From positions 389,670 through 453,669 of the forward strand of contig CAVUSH010000006.1 of NCBI GenBank assembly GCA_963744095.1: a DNA stretch of 64,000 nucleotides. The letters are read 5' to 3'. The notes under the pieces were generated by a model that was not told where the DNA came from, did not search any database, and saw only the letters and a program-made list of their open reading frames with translations. Each line of letters opens with the position of its first letter. Positions within the stretch are counted from its first letter, which is position 1. This document shows, piece by piece, positions 1 to 9,403 of this stretch. The translations under genes were made by a program, and so were the position numbers. Origin of the DNA: an uncultured Chloroflexia bacterium. GTDB lineage: Bacteria > Chloroflexota > Limnocylindria > Limnocylindrales > CSP1-4.

Positions 1-1315
1 TCCGGCCGACCGGCCGGACGATGTCGTCGTAGAACCGGCTCGTCATCTCGTAGGGCCGGAAGAGCGGGCCGATCCCGCCCCCGTGACGGTCGAGCGCCCA
101 GTCGTGGGAGATGCCGAACTCGAACGTCGAGCCCGCCTCCGGGTGGATCTTGCAGAGGTCCTCCAGGGCCTGGGCGATGCGCTCGTTCTCGTCGAGCATG
201 CTGTAGGCCATGCTGTCCTGCTCCCAGGCGTAGGACGCGATGATCACGCCCTTGTCGATGTCCGGGTCCTGGCCCGCCGGCGTGTAGACGACGTTGCGGA
301 TGGCGAGGTCGGTCACGGTCACGCCGTGGGTGATGGCGTAGTCGTCGACCCACCAGCGGCGGCTGAACTGCATGAAGATCTTGTGGGCCCGGCCGTAGTA
401 GACGTTGCGGATCGTGAACCACTTGTCGATGTCGAGGCCGTTGATCTCCATGTGCCGGAGGAGCACGAAGGGGACGGTCAGGATGCACTCGTCGGCAGTG
501 ACCGATCCCGGGGTGCCCACGCTGTCCCTGAAGTGGACGACGACGTCGTCCCGGCGCTGCTCGATGGCGTGGACCTCGGCTCCGAGTCGCGTGTCGTTCA
601 GGAGCGCCGGGGCGAACGCGTCGGCGAGGGTGTCCGCCCCGGCGTCGATGTACTCCAGGTCCCCGAAGACGTCCTCGTGCCAGTGGGCGAACCACTCGAC
701 CAATGAGAAGTGGAAGCGCCCCTCGAGGTTGAAGAGCGGGCCCATCAGGGCGAGCGCCTGCTCGCTGACTCCACGCTCGACGAGGAAGCCCAGCAGGGAG
801 TAGCGGTCGTAGCGCTCGACGACGCGCTCCCAGCCGCCGGGCTCCGCCACGAGGTCGGTGAGCGGGCGCATCGCGTCGCGGAGGATCTCCGCCGGGGGCC
901 GGCCGCGCTCTCCGGGCGGCAGGTCGAAGTCGAAGCTGTCGGCGGTGAAAGCGCTCCGGCGCACGCTCCTGCCGTTCAGGTGGATGAACGTGTCCTGGTC
1001 CTCCATCCCGAACGGCGTCGTCGCGAGGCCGAACCGGTCGTGGATGAGGTGCTGGCCGAGCAGGTGCTGCCGCGGGAAGCGCATCGCCCCGAACTCGCCG
1101 TACATCCGGCCGGCGAACCCGCGATACGTGTAGATCCGCCCACCCAGCCGGTTGCGGGCCTCGAGGACGGTGACGCGGTGCCCCGCCTCCTTGAGCATGA
1201 GCCCGGCCGTGAGCCCGGCGATGCCGGCGCCCACGATGACGACGTGGCGGCGCTCCCCGGCGCGCGCCGGGAGGCCCTCGCGGAGGACGCCCAGCAGGTC
1301 GATGGTCGTGGCCAT
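1..1315 (-). CDS. flavin-containing amine oxidase / L-amino-acid oxidase family protein (about 438 N-terminal codons; C-terminus outside window)
   Basis: Hand translation of the minus strand from ATG 1315-1313 gives MATTIDLLGV...RHVVIVGAGIAGLTAGLMLKEAGHRVTVLEARNRLGGRIYTY... This carries the GxGxxG plus LEAxxRxGGR FAD signature and stays open to position 1. It is absent from the ORF track because no stop lies in the window. Confidence 0.8.
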   Translation of the reverse strand, partial: MATTIDLLGVLREGLPARAGERRHVVIVGAGIAGLTAGLMLKEAGHRVTVLEARNRLGGRIYTYRGFAGRMYGEFGAMRFPRQHLLGQHLIHDRFGLATTPFGMEDQDTFIHLNGRSVRRSAFTADSFDFDLPPGERGRPPAEILRDAMRPLTDLVAEPGGWERVVERYDRYSLLGFLVERGVSEQALALMGPLFNLEGRFHFSLVEWFAHWHEDVFGDLEYIDAGADTLADAFAPALLNDTRLGAEVHAIEQRRDDVVVHFRDSVGTPGSVTADECILTVPFVLLRHMEINGLDIDKWFTIRNVYYGRAHKIFMQFSRRWWVDDYAITHGVTVTDLAIRNVVYTPAGQDPDIDKGVIIASYAWEQDSMAYSMLDENERIAQALEDLCKIHPEAGSTFEFGISHDWALDRHGGGIGPLFRPYEMTSRFYDDIVRPVGR

Positions 1316-1498
1316 CGGCAAACCTTACGGGTGTCGTGCAAGCCCTCCGGGCGGGCGCCGGCCGGGGCCTGACGGGGCGGTGGAGGTCTGACATACCACC
1401 CGGGCCCCGGCCCCATACTCGCGGTGGGCCCCGCGGGCAGGCCGGATGTGTAGCGATCGCCGGCCACGAGACGGCCGACTCCGGGATGGGAGCAGCGC

Positions 1499-2569
1499 AT
1501 GAACGGAAGGGAGCGCATCCTCGCGGCGCTCGACGGCCGGGCGCCCGACCGGATCCCGCTCGCGCTCAGCTTCTACCACGTGGACGGCGCGGCCCTGGCA
1601 CCGCCCGGCGCCTGGCGCGACGACCTCGTCGACATCGGCTTCGTGGAGTTCCCCATCTCCACCGAAGAGGCGGACCTGCGGCGGCGGGCCCTGCCGCACC
1701 CGGGGGACACGCGTCTCGGCAGCCCGTCCCAGGCGGCGCGATACGCCCGCTGGCGGTACCACCCGGAGGCCCACCGGGGCGCCAATCCGCTGGAAGGCGC
1801 CCGCACGCTGGACGACCTCGAGCGCTTCCCGTTCCCCGACGTGAGCGGCCCCTATGTCGCCGACGGGCTGGCCCGCCAGGTGGCCCGGTTTCACGACCAG
1901 GGCCTGGCGGCGGGCGGCAACACGCCCCACCTCGGCGGCGAGCTCTTCGAGGCGGCCTGGCGCCTGCGCGGCCTGGAGAACTTCCTCCTCGACCTCGTCT
2001 CCCGCAAGGAGATGGCCCACTTCCTGCTCGACCGGCTCGCCGAGCTCGCCCGCCGGAACGCCACGACCCTGGCTCGGGCCGGAGTGGACGTCCTCGCCCT
2101 CGACGACGACGTCGGGATGCCAGGCACGATGATGATCAGCCCGGCGCTGTGGCGGGAGTTCTTCCGGCCCCGCCTGGCGGGGATCGTCGACGCGGCCCGC
2201 GCGGCGAAGCCGGATTTGCGCGTCATCTACCACAGCGACGGGCACGTGGAGCCGATCCTCGACGACCTGGTCGAGATCGGGATCGCGGGGGTCAACCCGG
2301 TCCAGCCCGAGCACATGGACGCAGCCCGCATCCGGCGCCGGTTCGGTCCGCGGCTTGCCCTGTGGGGCACGGTGGGCCGCCAGACGACGTTCGCCTTCGC
2401 CGGCCCCGCCGAGATCCAGCGTGAGGTTCGAGAGCGAATCGAGGCGCTCGGACCTGCCGGCCTGGTCCTCTGCCCCGCCTACGACATCGACGAGCCCGAC
2501 GTGCCGTGGGCCAACGTCGCGGCGTTCCTGGAAGCGGGCCTCGCGTGGGGAGCCATCGCTGAGCGATGA
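1499..2569 (+). CDS. uroporphyrinogen-decarboxylase (URO-D) family protein
   Basis: 356-aa ORF. ...VIYHSDGHVEPILDDLVEIGIAGVNPVQPEHMD... is typical of the URO-D/MtaA-like TIM-barrel family. The stop overlaps the next start (ATGA). Confidence 0.7.
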   Translation: MNGRERILAALDGRAPDRIPLALSFYHVDGAALAPPGAWRDDLVDIGFVEFPISTEEADLRRRALPHPGDTRLGSPSQAARYARWRYHPEAHRGANPLEGARTLDDLERFPFPDVSGPYVADGLARQVARFHDQGLAAGGNTPHLGGELFEAAWRLRGLENFLLDLVSRKEMAHFLLDRLAELARRNATTLARAGVDVLALDDDVGMPGTMMISPALWREFFRPRLAGIVDAARAAKPDLRVIYHSDGHVEPILDDLVEIGIAGVNPVQPEHMDAARIRRRFGPRLALWGTVGRQTTFAFAGPAEIQREVRERIEALGPAGLVLCPAYDIDEPDVPWANVAAFLEAGLAWGAIAER

Positions 2570-4368
2570 TGCGCGCTACGGTCGAGGTGGCGACCGGAGA
2601 GGAGGGCACAGGCATGGCGGCGACGACGGCCCGACAGAAGCGGCGCTCGGCGATGATCCTGGGGGGCCTCCTGCCCATCGTCCCGGCCCGCCTGCCCACC
2701 GACGTGATCGCCGGCGCGACGCTGGCGGCCCTCGCCATCCCCGAGGTGATGGGCTACACGAAGATCGCCGGCACGCCGGTGATCACCGGCCTCTACACGC
2801 TCCTCCTGCCGATCCTCGCCTTTGCCATCTTCGGGTCCTCGCGGCACCTCGTGGTGGGTGCGGACTCGGCCACGGCGGCGATCCTGGCCACCGGGCTCGT
2901 AGCGACGGGTGCTGCCGCCCAGTCGACGGAGTACGTCGAGCTGGCCTCGCTGGCCGCGCTCATGTGCGCGGTGCTGCTGATCGGGGCCCGCCTCCTCAAG
3001 CTCGGCTTCATCGCCAACTTCCTGTCCCGCAGCGTCCTGATCGGGTTCCTCACCGGCGTCGGCATCCAGGTCGCCATGGGCCAGGTGGGGGGCATGTTCG
3101 GGATCAGCGGTGAGACCGGGGGCACTGTCCAGAAGTTCACGGAGACGCTGGCGTCCATCCCGACGAGCACCAGCGTCCCGACGCTCGTCGTCTCGATCGG
3201 GGTCCTCGCGACGATCCTCGTGCTGGGCCGGGTCAACAAGGCGATCCCGGGCGCCCTGATCGCGGTGGTCGGGGCGATCGCGGCGAGCTACTTCCTCGAT
3301 CTTGCCGCGCGGGGCGTGACCGTGCTCGGGACGGTACCCGGCGGCCTGCCCTCGCTGAGCCTGCCGACCGCCGTCATCACCCAGGAGAACCTCGCGATCC
3401 TCCTGCCCACGGTGATCTCCCTGGTGATCGTCATCCTGGCGCAGAGCGCGGCGACGTCGCGCGCCTACGCCATGAAGTACGGCGACAGCTTCGACGAGAA
3501 CGTCGACCTCGTCGGCCTCGGCCTGGCGAACGCGGCGGCCGGCATCACCGGCACCTTCGTGGTGAACGGCAGCCCGACCAAGACCGAGATGGTCGACGGC
3601 GCGGGCGGGCGGAGCCAGGTCTCGCAGCTGACCGCGGGCGCGATCGTGGTCGCGGTCCTGCTCTTCCTCACCGGCCCGCTGGCCTACATGCCGAACGCTG
3701 TCCTCGCGTCGGTCGTCTTCATCATCGGCCTGCGCCTGGTCGACTACCGCGGGATGGCGGCCATCGCCCGCCTCCGCCCGGGGGAGTTCGCCGTCGCCCT
3801 GATCACCGCGGCGACGGTCGTGGTCGTCGGGGTGGAGCAAGGGATCATCCTGGCGATGGCGCTCTCGATCGTCGAGCACATCTACCACAGCTATCGCCCG
3901 TACGACACGCTTCTCGCCATGACGCCGGACGGCACGCCGGGCCCGGTCCCGCTCGCGGAGCGCGCCGAGGCGGCCCCCGGCCTGGCGATCTACCGCTTCG
4001 GGGCGAGCCTCTACTACGCGAACGGCAGCCGCTTCAGCGAGGAGATCATGGACGTCGCCGAGGGCGCCGATCCGCCGCTGCGCTGGCTCGGCGTCTCCGG
4101 CTCGTCGATCGGCGACATCGACTACTCGGGGGCCGACACGATCCGCCAGGTCCGGGAGGAGCTCGCCCGTGTCGGCGTCACGTTCGCGATCTGCGACGTG
4201 AACCCGAAGGTCCGCGGGCAGCTCGACGCCTACGGCCTGGACGAGACGATCGGGGTCGACCGGATCTTCGCCACCGCGTTCGACCTGCTGAAGGCCTACC
4301 GCGCCACGGCGGGGACGGCACCTTCGGACGCGGCGCCCGCCGCCGGGACACCGCCGCCGGAAGGCTGA
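2566..4368 (+). CDS. SulP-family anion (sulfate) permease with C-terminal STAS domain
   Basis: 600-aa ORF. SulP N-terminal signature DVIAGATLAALAIPEVMGYTKIAGTPVITGLYT, many TM segments, and a STAS-like C-terminus. An alternative start lies at 2614 (MAATTARQK). Confidence 0.9.
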   Translation: MMRATVEVATGEEGTGMAATTARQKRRSAMILGGLLPIVPARLPTDVIAGATLAALAIPEVMGYTKIAGTPVITGLYTLLLPILAFAIFGSSRHLVVGADSATAAILATGLVATGAAAQSTEYVELASLAALMCAVLLIGARLLKLGFIANFLSRSVLIGFLTGVGIQVAMGQVGGMFGISGETGGTVQKFTETLASIPTSTSVPTLVVSIGVLATILVLGRVNKAIPGALIAVVGAIAASYFLDLAARGVTVLGTVPGGLPSLSLPTAVITQENLAILLPTVISLVIVILAQSAATSRAYAMKYGDSFDENVDLVGLGLANAAAGITGTFVVNGSPTKTEMVDGAGGRSQVSQLTAGAIVVAVLLFLTGPLAYMPNAVLASVVFIIGLRLVDYRGMAAIARLRPGEFAVALITAATVVVVGVEQGIILAMALSIVEHIYHSYRPYDTLLAMTPDGTPGPVPLAERAEAAPGLAIYRFGASLYYANGSRFSEEIMDVAEGADPPLRWLGVSGSSIGDIDYSGADTIRQVREELARVGVTFAICDVNPKVRGQLDAYGLDETIGVDRIFATAFDLLKAYRATAGTAPSDAAPAAGTPPPEG

Positions 4369-4374
4369 GGGGCC

Positions 4375-5721
4375 ATGTCGCCGTTGCCATCGAGCGAAGA
4401 GCGTCGGAAGGCCGGCGCCGAGGCCAGGACCCGGGTGCCGCCGGCGGCCCACGGGGGCTGGCGGCCGGCACCCGACCGGCCCGATCCCGTCGGACTCCTC
4501 CAGGAGCAGGCCGCCACGCGGGTGCCGGATCTCGTCCCGATCCGCTACGGCCGGATGGCGGTCTCGCCGTTCACGTTCTTCCGGGGGGCCGCGCTGCCGA
4601 TGGCGGCCGACCTCGCTACGACGCCGGCCAGCGGCGTGATCGTCCAGCTCTGCGGCGACGCCCACCTCTCGAACTTCGGCCTGTTCGCGTCCCCCGAGCG
4701 CGACCTCGTGTTCGACATCAACGACTTCGACGAGACGCTCCACGGCCCGTTCGAGTGGGACGTGAAGCGCCTCGCCGCGAGCCTCGTGGCCGCCGGGCGC
4801 TCCCGCGGCTTCGCCGATCACCTCAGCCGGCACGCCGTCCTCCGCGCCGTGCAGTCCTACCGCGAACGCATGGCGGGGTACGCCGGGATGAGGGCGATCG
4901 ACGTCTACTACGCCCGGGTCGACGTCGCCGGGATCCTGGCCTACGTGGACAAGCGGGCGCGGCCGTTCCTCGAGCAGACGGCGAAGTCCGCCCTCCACCA
5001 CGACGCCCTCCACCAGCTCCCGAAGCTCACCGCAGTCGACGCGAAGGGCCAGCGTCGGATCGTCGACCATCCCCCGGTCATCACGCATCCCGCCGATCTC
5101 ACGACCGACGTCATCGCGGCGGCGATGGCGGGCTACCGCGACACGATCGCCGAGGACCGACGGGTGCTCCTCGACCGCTACGAGCTCGTCGACGCCGCCC
5201 GCAAGGTCGTCGGCGTCGGGAGCGTCGGGCTCGGCGCGTTCGCGGCGCTCCTGCTGGCCGACGACGATGACCCGCTCTTCCTCCAGGTCAAGCAGGCGGA
5301 GGCCTCGGTCCTGGAGCGGTTCCTGCCGCCCAGCAGCCAGCCGTCCCACGGGGCCCGCGTCGTGGCCGGGCAGCGTCGCCTCCAGGCGGCCAGCGACGCC
5401 CTGCTCGGCTGGACGGTCGGCACGGGCGGGCGCCACTGGTACGTCCGCCAGCTGCAGGACCAGAAGGGCGGGGCCGTGATCGACGCGATGACGGTGGATG
5501 ACCTCGTCACGTGGGGCGAGCTGTGCGGCTGGGCGCTCGCCCGCGGGCACGCCCGGTCGGGCCAGCCCGCCGAGATCGCCGGCTACCTCGGCGACGACAG
5601 GGCCTTCGACCACGCGATCAGCGACTTCGCGGTGGCCTACGCCGACCAGAACGAGCGGGACCATGCGGCCTTCGTCGCCGCCATCGAGGCTGGCCGGATC
5701 GCAGCCGAATCGGGAGTCTGA
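4375..5721 (+). CDS. DUF2252 domain-containing protein
   Basis: 448-aa ORF with IRYGRMAVSPFTFFRGAALPMAADLA...CGDAHLSNFG...FDINDFDET, as remembered for DUF2252. Confidence 0.8.
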   Translation: MSPLPSSEERRKAGAEARTRVPPAAHGGWRPAPDRPDPVGLLQEQAATRVPDLVPIRYGRMAVSPFTFFRGAALPMAADLATTPASGVIVQLCGDAHLSNFGLFASPERDLVFDINDFDETLHGPFEWDVKRLAASLVAAGRSRGFADHLSRHAVLRAVQSYRERMAGYAGMRAIDVYYARVDVAGILAYVDKRARPFLEQTAKSALHHDALHQLPKLTAVDAKGQRRIVDHPPVITHPADLTTDVIAAAMAGYRDTIAEDRRVLLDRYELVDAARKVVGVGSVGLGAFAALLLADDDDPLFLQVKQAEASVLERFLPPSSQPSHGARVVAGQRRLQAASDALLGWTVGTGGRHWYVRQLQDQKGGAVIDAMTVDDLVTWGELCGWALARGHARSGQPAEIAGYLGDDRAFDHAISDFAVAYADQNERDHAAFVAAIEAGRIAAESGV

Positions 5722-5747
5722 TCAGCCGACGGGCAAGGCCTGTCGGG

Positions 5748-6282
5748 TCAGGAGGTCCCCTGATCGTCGACGTCGTGGTCGACGAAGTAACGACGCCATG
5801 GCCCGCTGGCCGGGATGAACGCCTCCATGACGGCAGCGCTCAGCCTGGACGACGTGCATCAGGTCGTGGGCAGCCCATTCGTTGAGCAGCTCGCGCAGGG
5901 TGACCGGGCCAAGCTCGGCGTGACGCGCCGTGCGATCGAGATCCGCCTCGGTGACCGTGGCCAGGAGGGCCAGGCTCTCGGTCCGCAGGGCGGCGTGCCG
6001 GTCGGCCAGGAGTGTCGGGTCCGTGCCGGCGGTGATCGGCGTCGACTCCCTGTCGGGATCGAAGGCCGCGAAGGCCGGCCGGCCGGCCAGCAGCGCGCGC
6101 ACGCGGGCGGCGAAGACGACCGCCTCGGTGTCGGCCGCGTGGCCGAGGCACTGGAGGGCTGACCACTCGCCCGGTGCGGGCGGACGCAGGAGCAGCTCCC
6201 GGTCCAGGCCCGTGGCGAGCGCCCGCCAGCGGGCGGCGTCGACGCGCAGGATGGCGATGGTGCGGCTGACCACATCGGTCAC
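5748..6282 (-). CDS. DinB-family protein, reading frame broken by an apparent 1-nt insertion at ~5835
   Basis: GTG start at 6282 overlaps the upstream stop (GTGA). VTDVVSRTIAILRVDAARW...LLNEWAAHDLMHVVQAER is followed by a junk Arg-rich tail in frame. The +1 frame gives AVMEAFIPASGPWRRYFVDHDV... with a stop at 5750-5748. Confidence 0.75.
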
Positions 6283-6641
6283 GGCATGTGCGCCTCGTTC
6301 TCGGCGAGCCGGACCTTGACGATCTTCGTCACGAGTGCGGCGGGGATGGGGCTGTCTGCCGGGAAGCGGATCGTCCCCTTCCCCGCCAGGTAGGGCGTCA
6401 GCTCCTCCCCGAGTGCCTCGACGACCGCGCCGCTCGCGGGAAACAGGCTGTAGTGGTTCTTGAACGCGCCGTAGGACACGAGGAATTGACCGTGTGTCCT
6501 GAACGCCGGCATCTCGTAGGCGATCGTTTCCGTCGCTCCGGGGGCGGCGGCCTTGATCGTCTGCCGGAGCTCCTCCAGGGCGGCGCGCCGCTCTTCCGGG
6601 AAGGCAGCCAGGTAGTCCTCGACGCTGGTGGGTGCGGCCAT
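6279..6641 (-). CDS. DUF1801 (YdhG-like) domain-containing protein
   Basis: MAAPTSVEDYLAAFPEERRAALEELRQTIKAAAPGATETIAYEMPAFRTHGQFLVSYGAFKNHYSLFP... The RBS GGAGA lies 6 nt upstream of ATG 6641. Confidence 0.8.
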   Translation of the reverse strand: MAAPTSVEDYLAAFPEERRAALEELRQTIKAAAPGATETIAYEMPAFRTHGQFLVSYGAFKNHYSLFPASGAVVEALGEELTPYLAGKGTIRFPADSPIPAALVTKIVKVRLAENEAHMP

Positions 6642-6745
6642 GGCAGTCTCCTTCGGCGCGAGACAACGGTCCGAGGGATCCCCCGCGCCGGCGCCGCCTC
6701 GCGGCACGGGCGGCCTGATCTTGGAAGAGCCCGATCGCGAAGCTC

Positions 6746-7165
6746 CTATGCCTCGGGCGACGGGCGATGATCCGATGCGCTGGGCGCGGCACGGGCCGTG
6801 GTCACGACGCGCGCTCCGCAGCTCGGGCAGGTCCCCGCAAGGGCGGCCCGGCCATTCCGCATGACCACGGCCTCGGGATCGACCATCAGTACCGTCCGGC
6901 GCTCCCGCATGCAGTACGCCCGCGGGCCGGGTTCGGGACCGGTGGGCTCCTGGTCGGCGGCGTGGCCGGCCGCCAGGAGCTCCGCGACGAGACCTTCGAG
7001 CGCGAGGCGTCGCGCTCGGGCCTTGTCGAGCTGGCGGGCCCGCCTGGCCTCGACAGCGCGGACATCCGCGAGCTGCCGTTCGAGGCGGCGCAGCTGTCGC
7101 TTCGCCTCCTTCGAGCGCGCCCCGGCGCCCGGCGAGCGGACGGCCTTCGTGGTGCCCTTGGCCAT
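6746..7165 (-). CDS. hypothetical coiled-coil protein with C-terminal DUF5679-like zinc-ribbon
   Basis: Strong RBS (AGGAGGAGG) before MAKGTTKAV. The C-terminus YCMRERRTVLMVDPEAVVMRNGRAALAGTCPSCGARV resembles the DUF5679 ribbon, but its first CxxC is degenerate. Confidence 0.5.
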   Translation of the reverse strand: MAKGTTKAVRSPGAGARSKEAKRQLRRLERQLADVRAVEARRARQLDKARARRLALEGLVAELLAAGHAADQEPTGPEPGPRAYCMRERRTVLMVDPEAVVMRNGRAALAGTCPSCGARVVTTARAAPSASDHRPSPEA

Positions 7166-7337
7166 CTTGGCCTCCTCCTGCAATCGCCCTGGCTGCGGCT
7201 GAGCGGACAGCTCGGCGCTGCGAAGCGCGCGGCACCGCGAAGAGCTGGCGACCGTCCGGATCGTACGCCTGCCGGCCGGGGCCCGTGTGCAGAGGCTGGA
7301 GGCCCTATGGTGATGATCGTGGTCGGCGGCGGGCGAC

Positions 7338-7952
7338 GTGCCGACCCAGGCGCGGCTTGACAGAGGAGCAACCTTGTCCGTCCTCGACGAAGCGCCGCAC
7401 GTCCATGCCGACGATCGCGCCACGTGGCGGGCATGGCTGGAGGCGAACCACGCGACCGCCCGTGGTGCTTGGCTGGTGACCTGGCGGCCTCGGTCCGGCC
7501 GGGTCGGCCTGGACTACGAGGCCGCCGTGGAGGAAGCCCTGTGCTTCGGCTGGGTGGACAGCACCGGCGGCCAGGTGGACGACGAGCGCGGCAAGCTCTA
7601 CTTTGCGCCGCGCAAGCCGCGCAGCGTCTGGGCTGCGTCCAACAAGGCGCGCGTCGAGCGCCTGATCCGCGAGGGCCGGATGGCTCCGGCGGGCCTCGCC
7701 GCGATCGAGCGGGCGAGGGCGAACGGATCGTGGGAGATCCTGGATGCCGCCGAGCGGTTGGAGGTTCCGGGCGACCTCGCCGCGGCCCTCGAGAACCGCC
7801 CGCCGGCCGCCGTCAACTTCGCGGCGTTCCCTCCCTCGGCGCGCAAGATGCTGCTCGGCTGGATCGCGCTGGCGCGGCGCCCCGAGACTCGTGCGGCGCG
7901 GATCACGGAGATCGCGGAGGCGGCCGCCCGCGACGAACGCGCTCGGGGCTGA
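7338..7952 (+). CDS. YdeI/OmpD-associated family protein
   Basis: 204-aa ORF. WRAWLEANH...GAWLV...ALCFGWVDS...LYFAPRKPRSVWAASNKARVERLIREGRMAPAGL... is the typical YdeI fold signature. The true start may be internal. Confidence 0.75.
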   Translation: MPTQARLDRGATLSVLDEAPHVHADDRATWRAWLEANHATARGAWLVTWRPRSGRVGLDYEAAVEEALCFGWVDSTGGQVDDERGKLYFAPRKPRSVWAASNKARVERLIREGRMAPAGLAAIERARANGSWEILDAAERLEVPGDLAAALENRPPAAVNFAAFPPSARKMLLGWIALARRPETRAARITEIAEAAARDERARG

Positions 7953-8043
7953 CGCCGGGTCAGGAGCGGTGCCGGTCCGACGCCGGTGGGCTTCACCTTC
8001 TCCGATGGCTGCCGCCCCGCTGACTCGCCGTGCCGAGTCGAGC

Positions 8044-9216
8044 TCAGCGGGATGCGAGCTGTTCCTCATAGGCCTCGATCAAGTCGAACAGCTCGTCGGC
8101 CGCGTACTGCCGGTCGTAGTCGCCTTCACTGACCTGGCGCAGCACGCCAGCTTCCGCCAGGACCTTCAGGCCCTCCAGCGCTCGCTGGTGTCGAGCGCCG
8201 ATCGCGGCGCGCATGGTTGCGGCCGACGTGATCGGCTGGGCCGGGAGCAACGGGATGATGCGGGCTGCCGCTGAGTCGCGTCGTGGGCGTCCGGCCCGCT
8301 GGAACCATTCTGCTTCGAGCTCGGCGACGCGCGCGGCCAAGTCGACAGATAGCGCGGCGGCCCTGCCACACGCCCAGGCGAAGGAGGCGCACCAGGCGTC
8401 GATCCGCCCGTCGCGGAAGCCGATCAGCCCGTCGACATAGAGGTTTGCCCTGGAGGCGAGCACGATCGAGATCGGTGGGACGAACACCGGGGCCACGCCG
8501 CGACGGCGCAGGACCACGTGGATCAAGCATCGCCCGACGCGCCCGTTGCCGTCGATGAACGGGTGGATCGTCTCGAACTGTGCGTGCGCGATCGCCGCCT
8601 GGGCGACGGCCGGGAGATCGTCGCGGTTCATGAACTCGAGGAGATCGGCGATCAGCGGCTCGACCTGGTCCTCCGGCGGCGGCACGTAGCGGGCGTCGGA
8701 TGGGTTCTCCAGGCGGCCGCCGATCCAGTTCTGCTCGCGGCGGAAGGCCCCGGGCAGGACCCGGGCCGGTTCGTGGGCCATGAGGGTCCTGTGGACGGCC
8801 AGGACATCGGCCGCCGTGAGGTCCCGCGCGCTATCCCCGATGGCGATGGCCTCCTCCATGGCCACGACGTTGGCGGCCACGGCCCGCGCGGTTCCCCTGG
8901 CTGCTCGCGGGTCGATGAGCGCGCGCGCCAGGTTCCGCTGGCTGAGCTCGATCCCTTCGATGCGGCTCGACGCGATGGACTCCGACCGCAGGAGCAGCGC
9001 GCCGATGGCCTCGAGCCCGCGCACGCGGTCGTCGGAGTTGAGCCTGCCGACCGCGGTCTCGGCCTCGCTGATCAGCCTGGCGGTTTCGAAGCTGACGGCA
9101 GGCTGGATGGCGGCGATCGGGTCTGGGACGAAGGCGCGATAGGTGAAGAACTGGCGCGCCTTGCGGCCGCCCATCGCCCCCGGGTCACCTTCCCAGCGTC
9201 GGTCGATCCATGTCAC
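8044..9216 (-). CDS. Fic family protein (class II, N-terminal inhibitory helix)
   Basis: 390-aa ORF. Fic core HPFIDGNGRVGR is present. The Fic_N region carries SSRIEG, matching the [ST]xxxE[GN] motif. Confidence 0.9.
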   Translation of the reverse strand: MTWIDRRWEGDPGAMGGRKARQFFTYRAFVPDPIAAIQPAVSFETARLISEAETAVGRLNSDDRVRGLEAIGALLLRSESIASSRIEGIELSQRNLARALIDPRAARGTARAVAANVVAMEEAIAIGDSARDLTAADVLAVHRTLMAHEPARVLPGAFRREQNWIGGRLENPSDARYVPPPEDQVEPLIADLLEFMNRDDLPAVAQAAIAHAQFETIHPFIDGNGRVGRCLIHVVLRRRGVAPVFVPPISIVLASRANLYVDGLIGFRDGRIDAWCASFAWACGRAAALSVDLAARVAELEAEWFQRAGRPRRDSAAARIIPLLPAQPITSAATMRAAIGARHQRALEGLKVLAEAGVLRQVSEGDYDRQYAADELFDLIEAYEEQLASR

Positions 9217-9403
9217 AACCGTCGATCACCCTCGTGACTTTGACGCCTTAGTGAACCATAGCGACGTAATCCGTCATGGTCAACAAGCGGATTGACGCCG
9301 TTGGCGAGCTCGGCGGACATAGACCGAGGCGGGCTCGGAGGCCTGCCTCGCCCATCGATGCCACAACTGGAGGCTATCCTCCGATTCGGGGTAGAGTAAC
9401 GGT

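Noticed and set aside
2479-5664. Very long antisense ORFs. Examples: 2479-5664 minus strand (1061 aa), 24180-27308 plus (1042 aa), 38939-42484 minus (1181 aa), 53167-56403 plus (1078 aa), 44317-46656 minus (779 aa), 47258-48610 minus.
   Set aside because: These are shadow ORFs typical of 70% GC DNA. Their products are Arg/Gly/Pro/Asp-rich with no recognisable motifs. Each lies exactly antisense to a gene with clear family signatures and proper GC3 codon bias.
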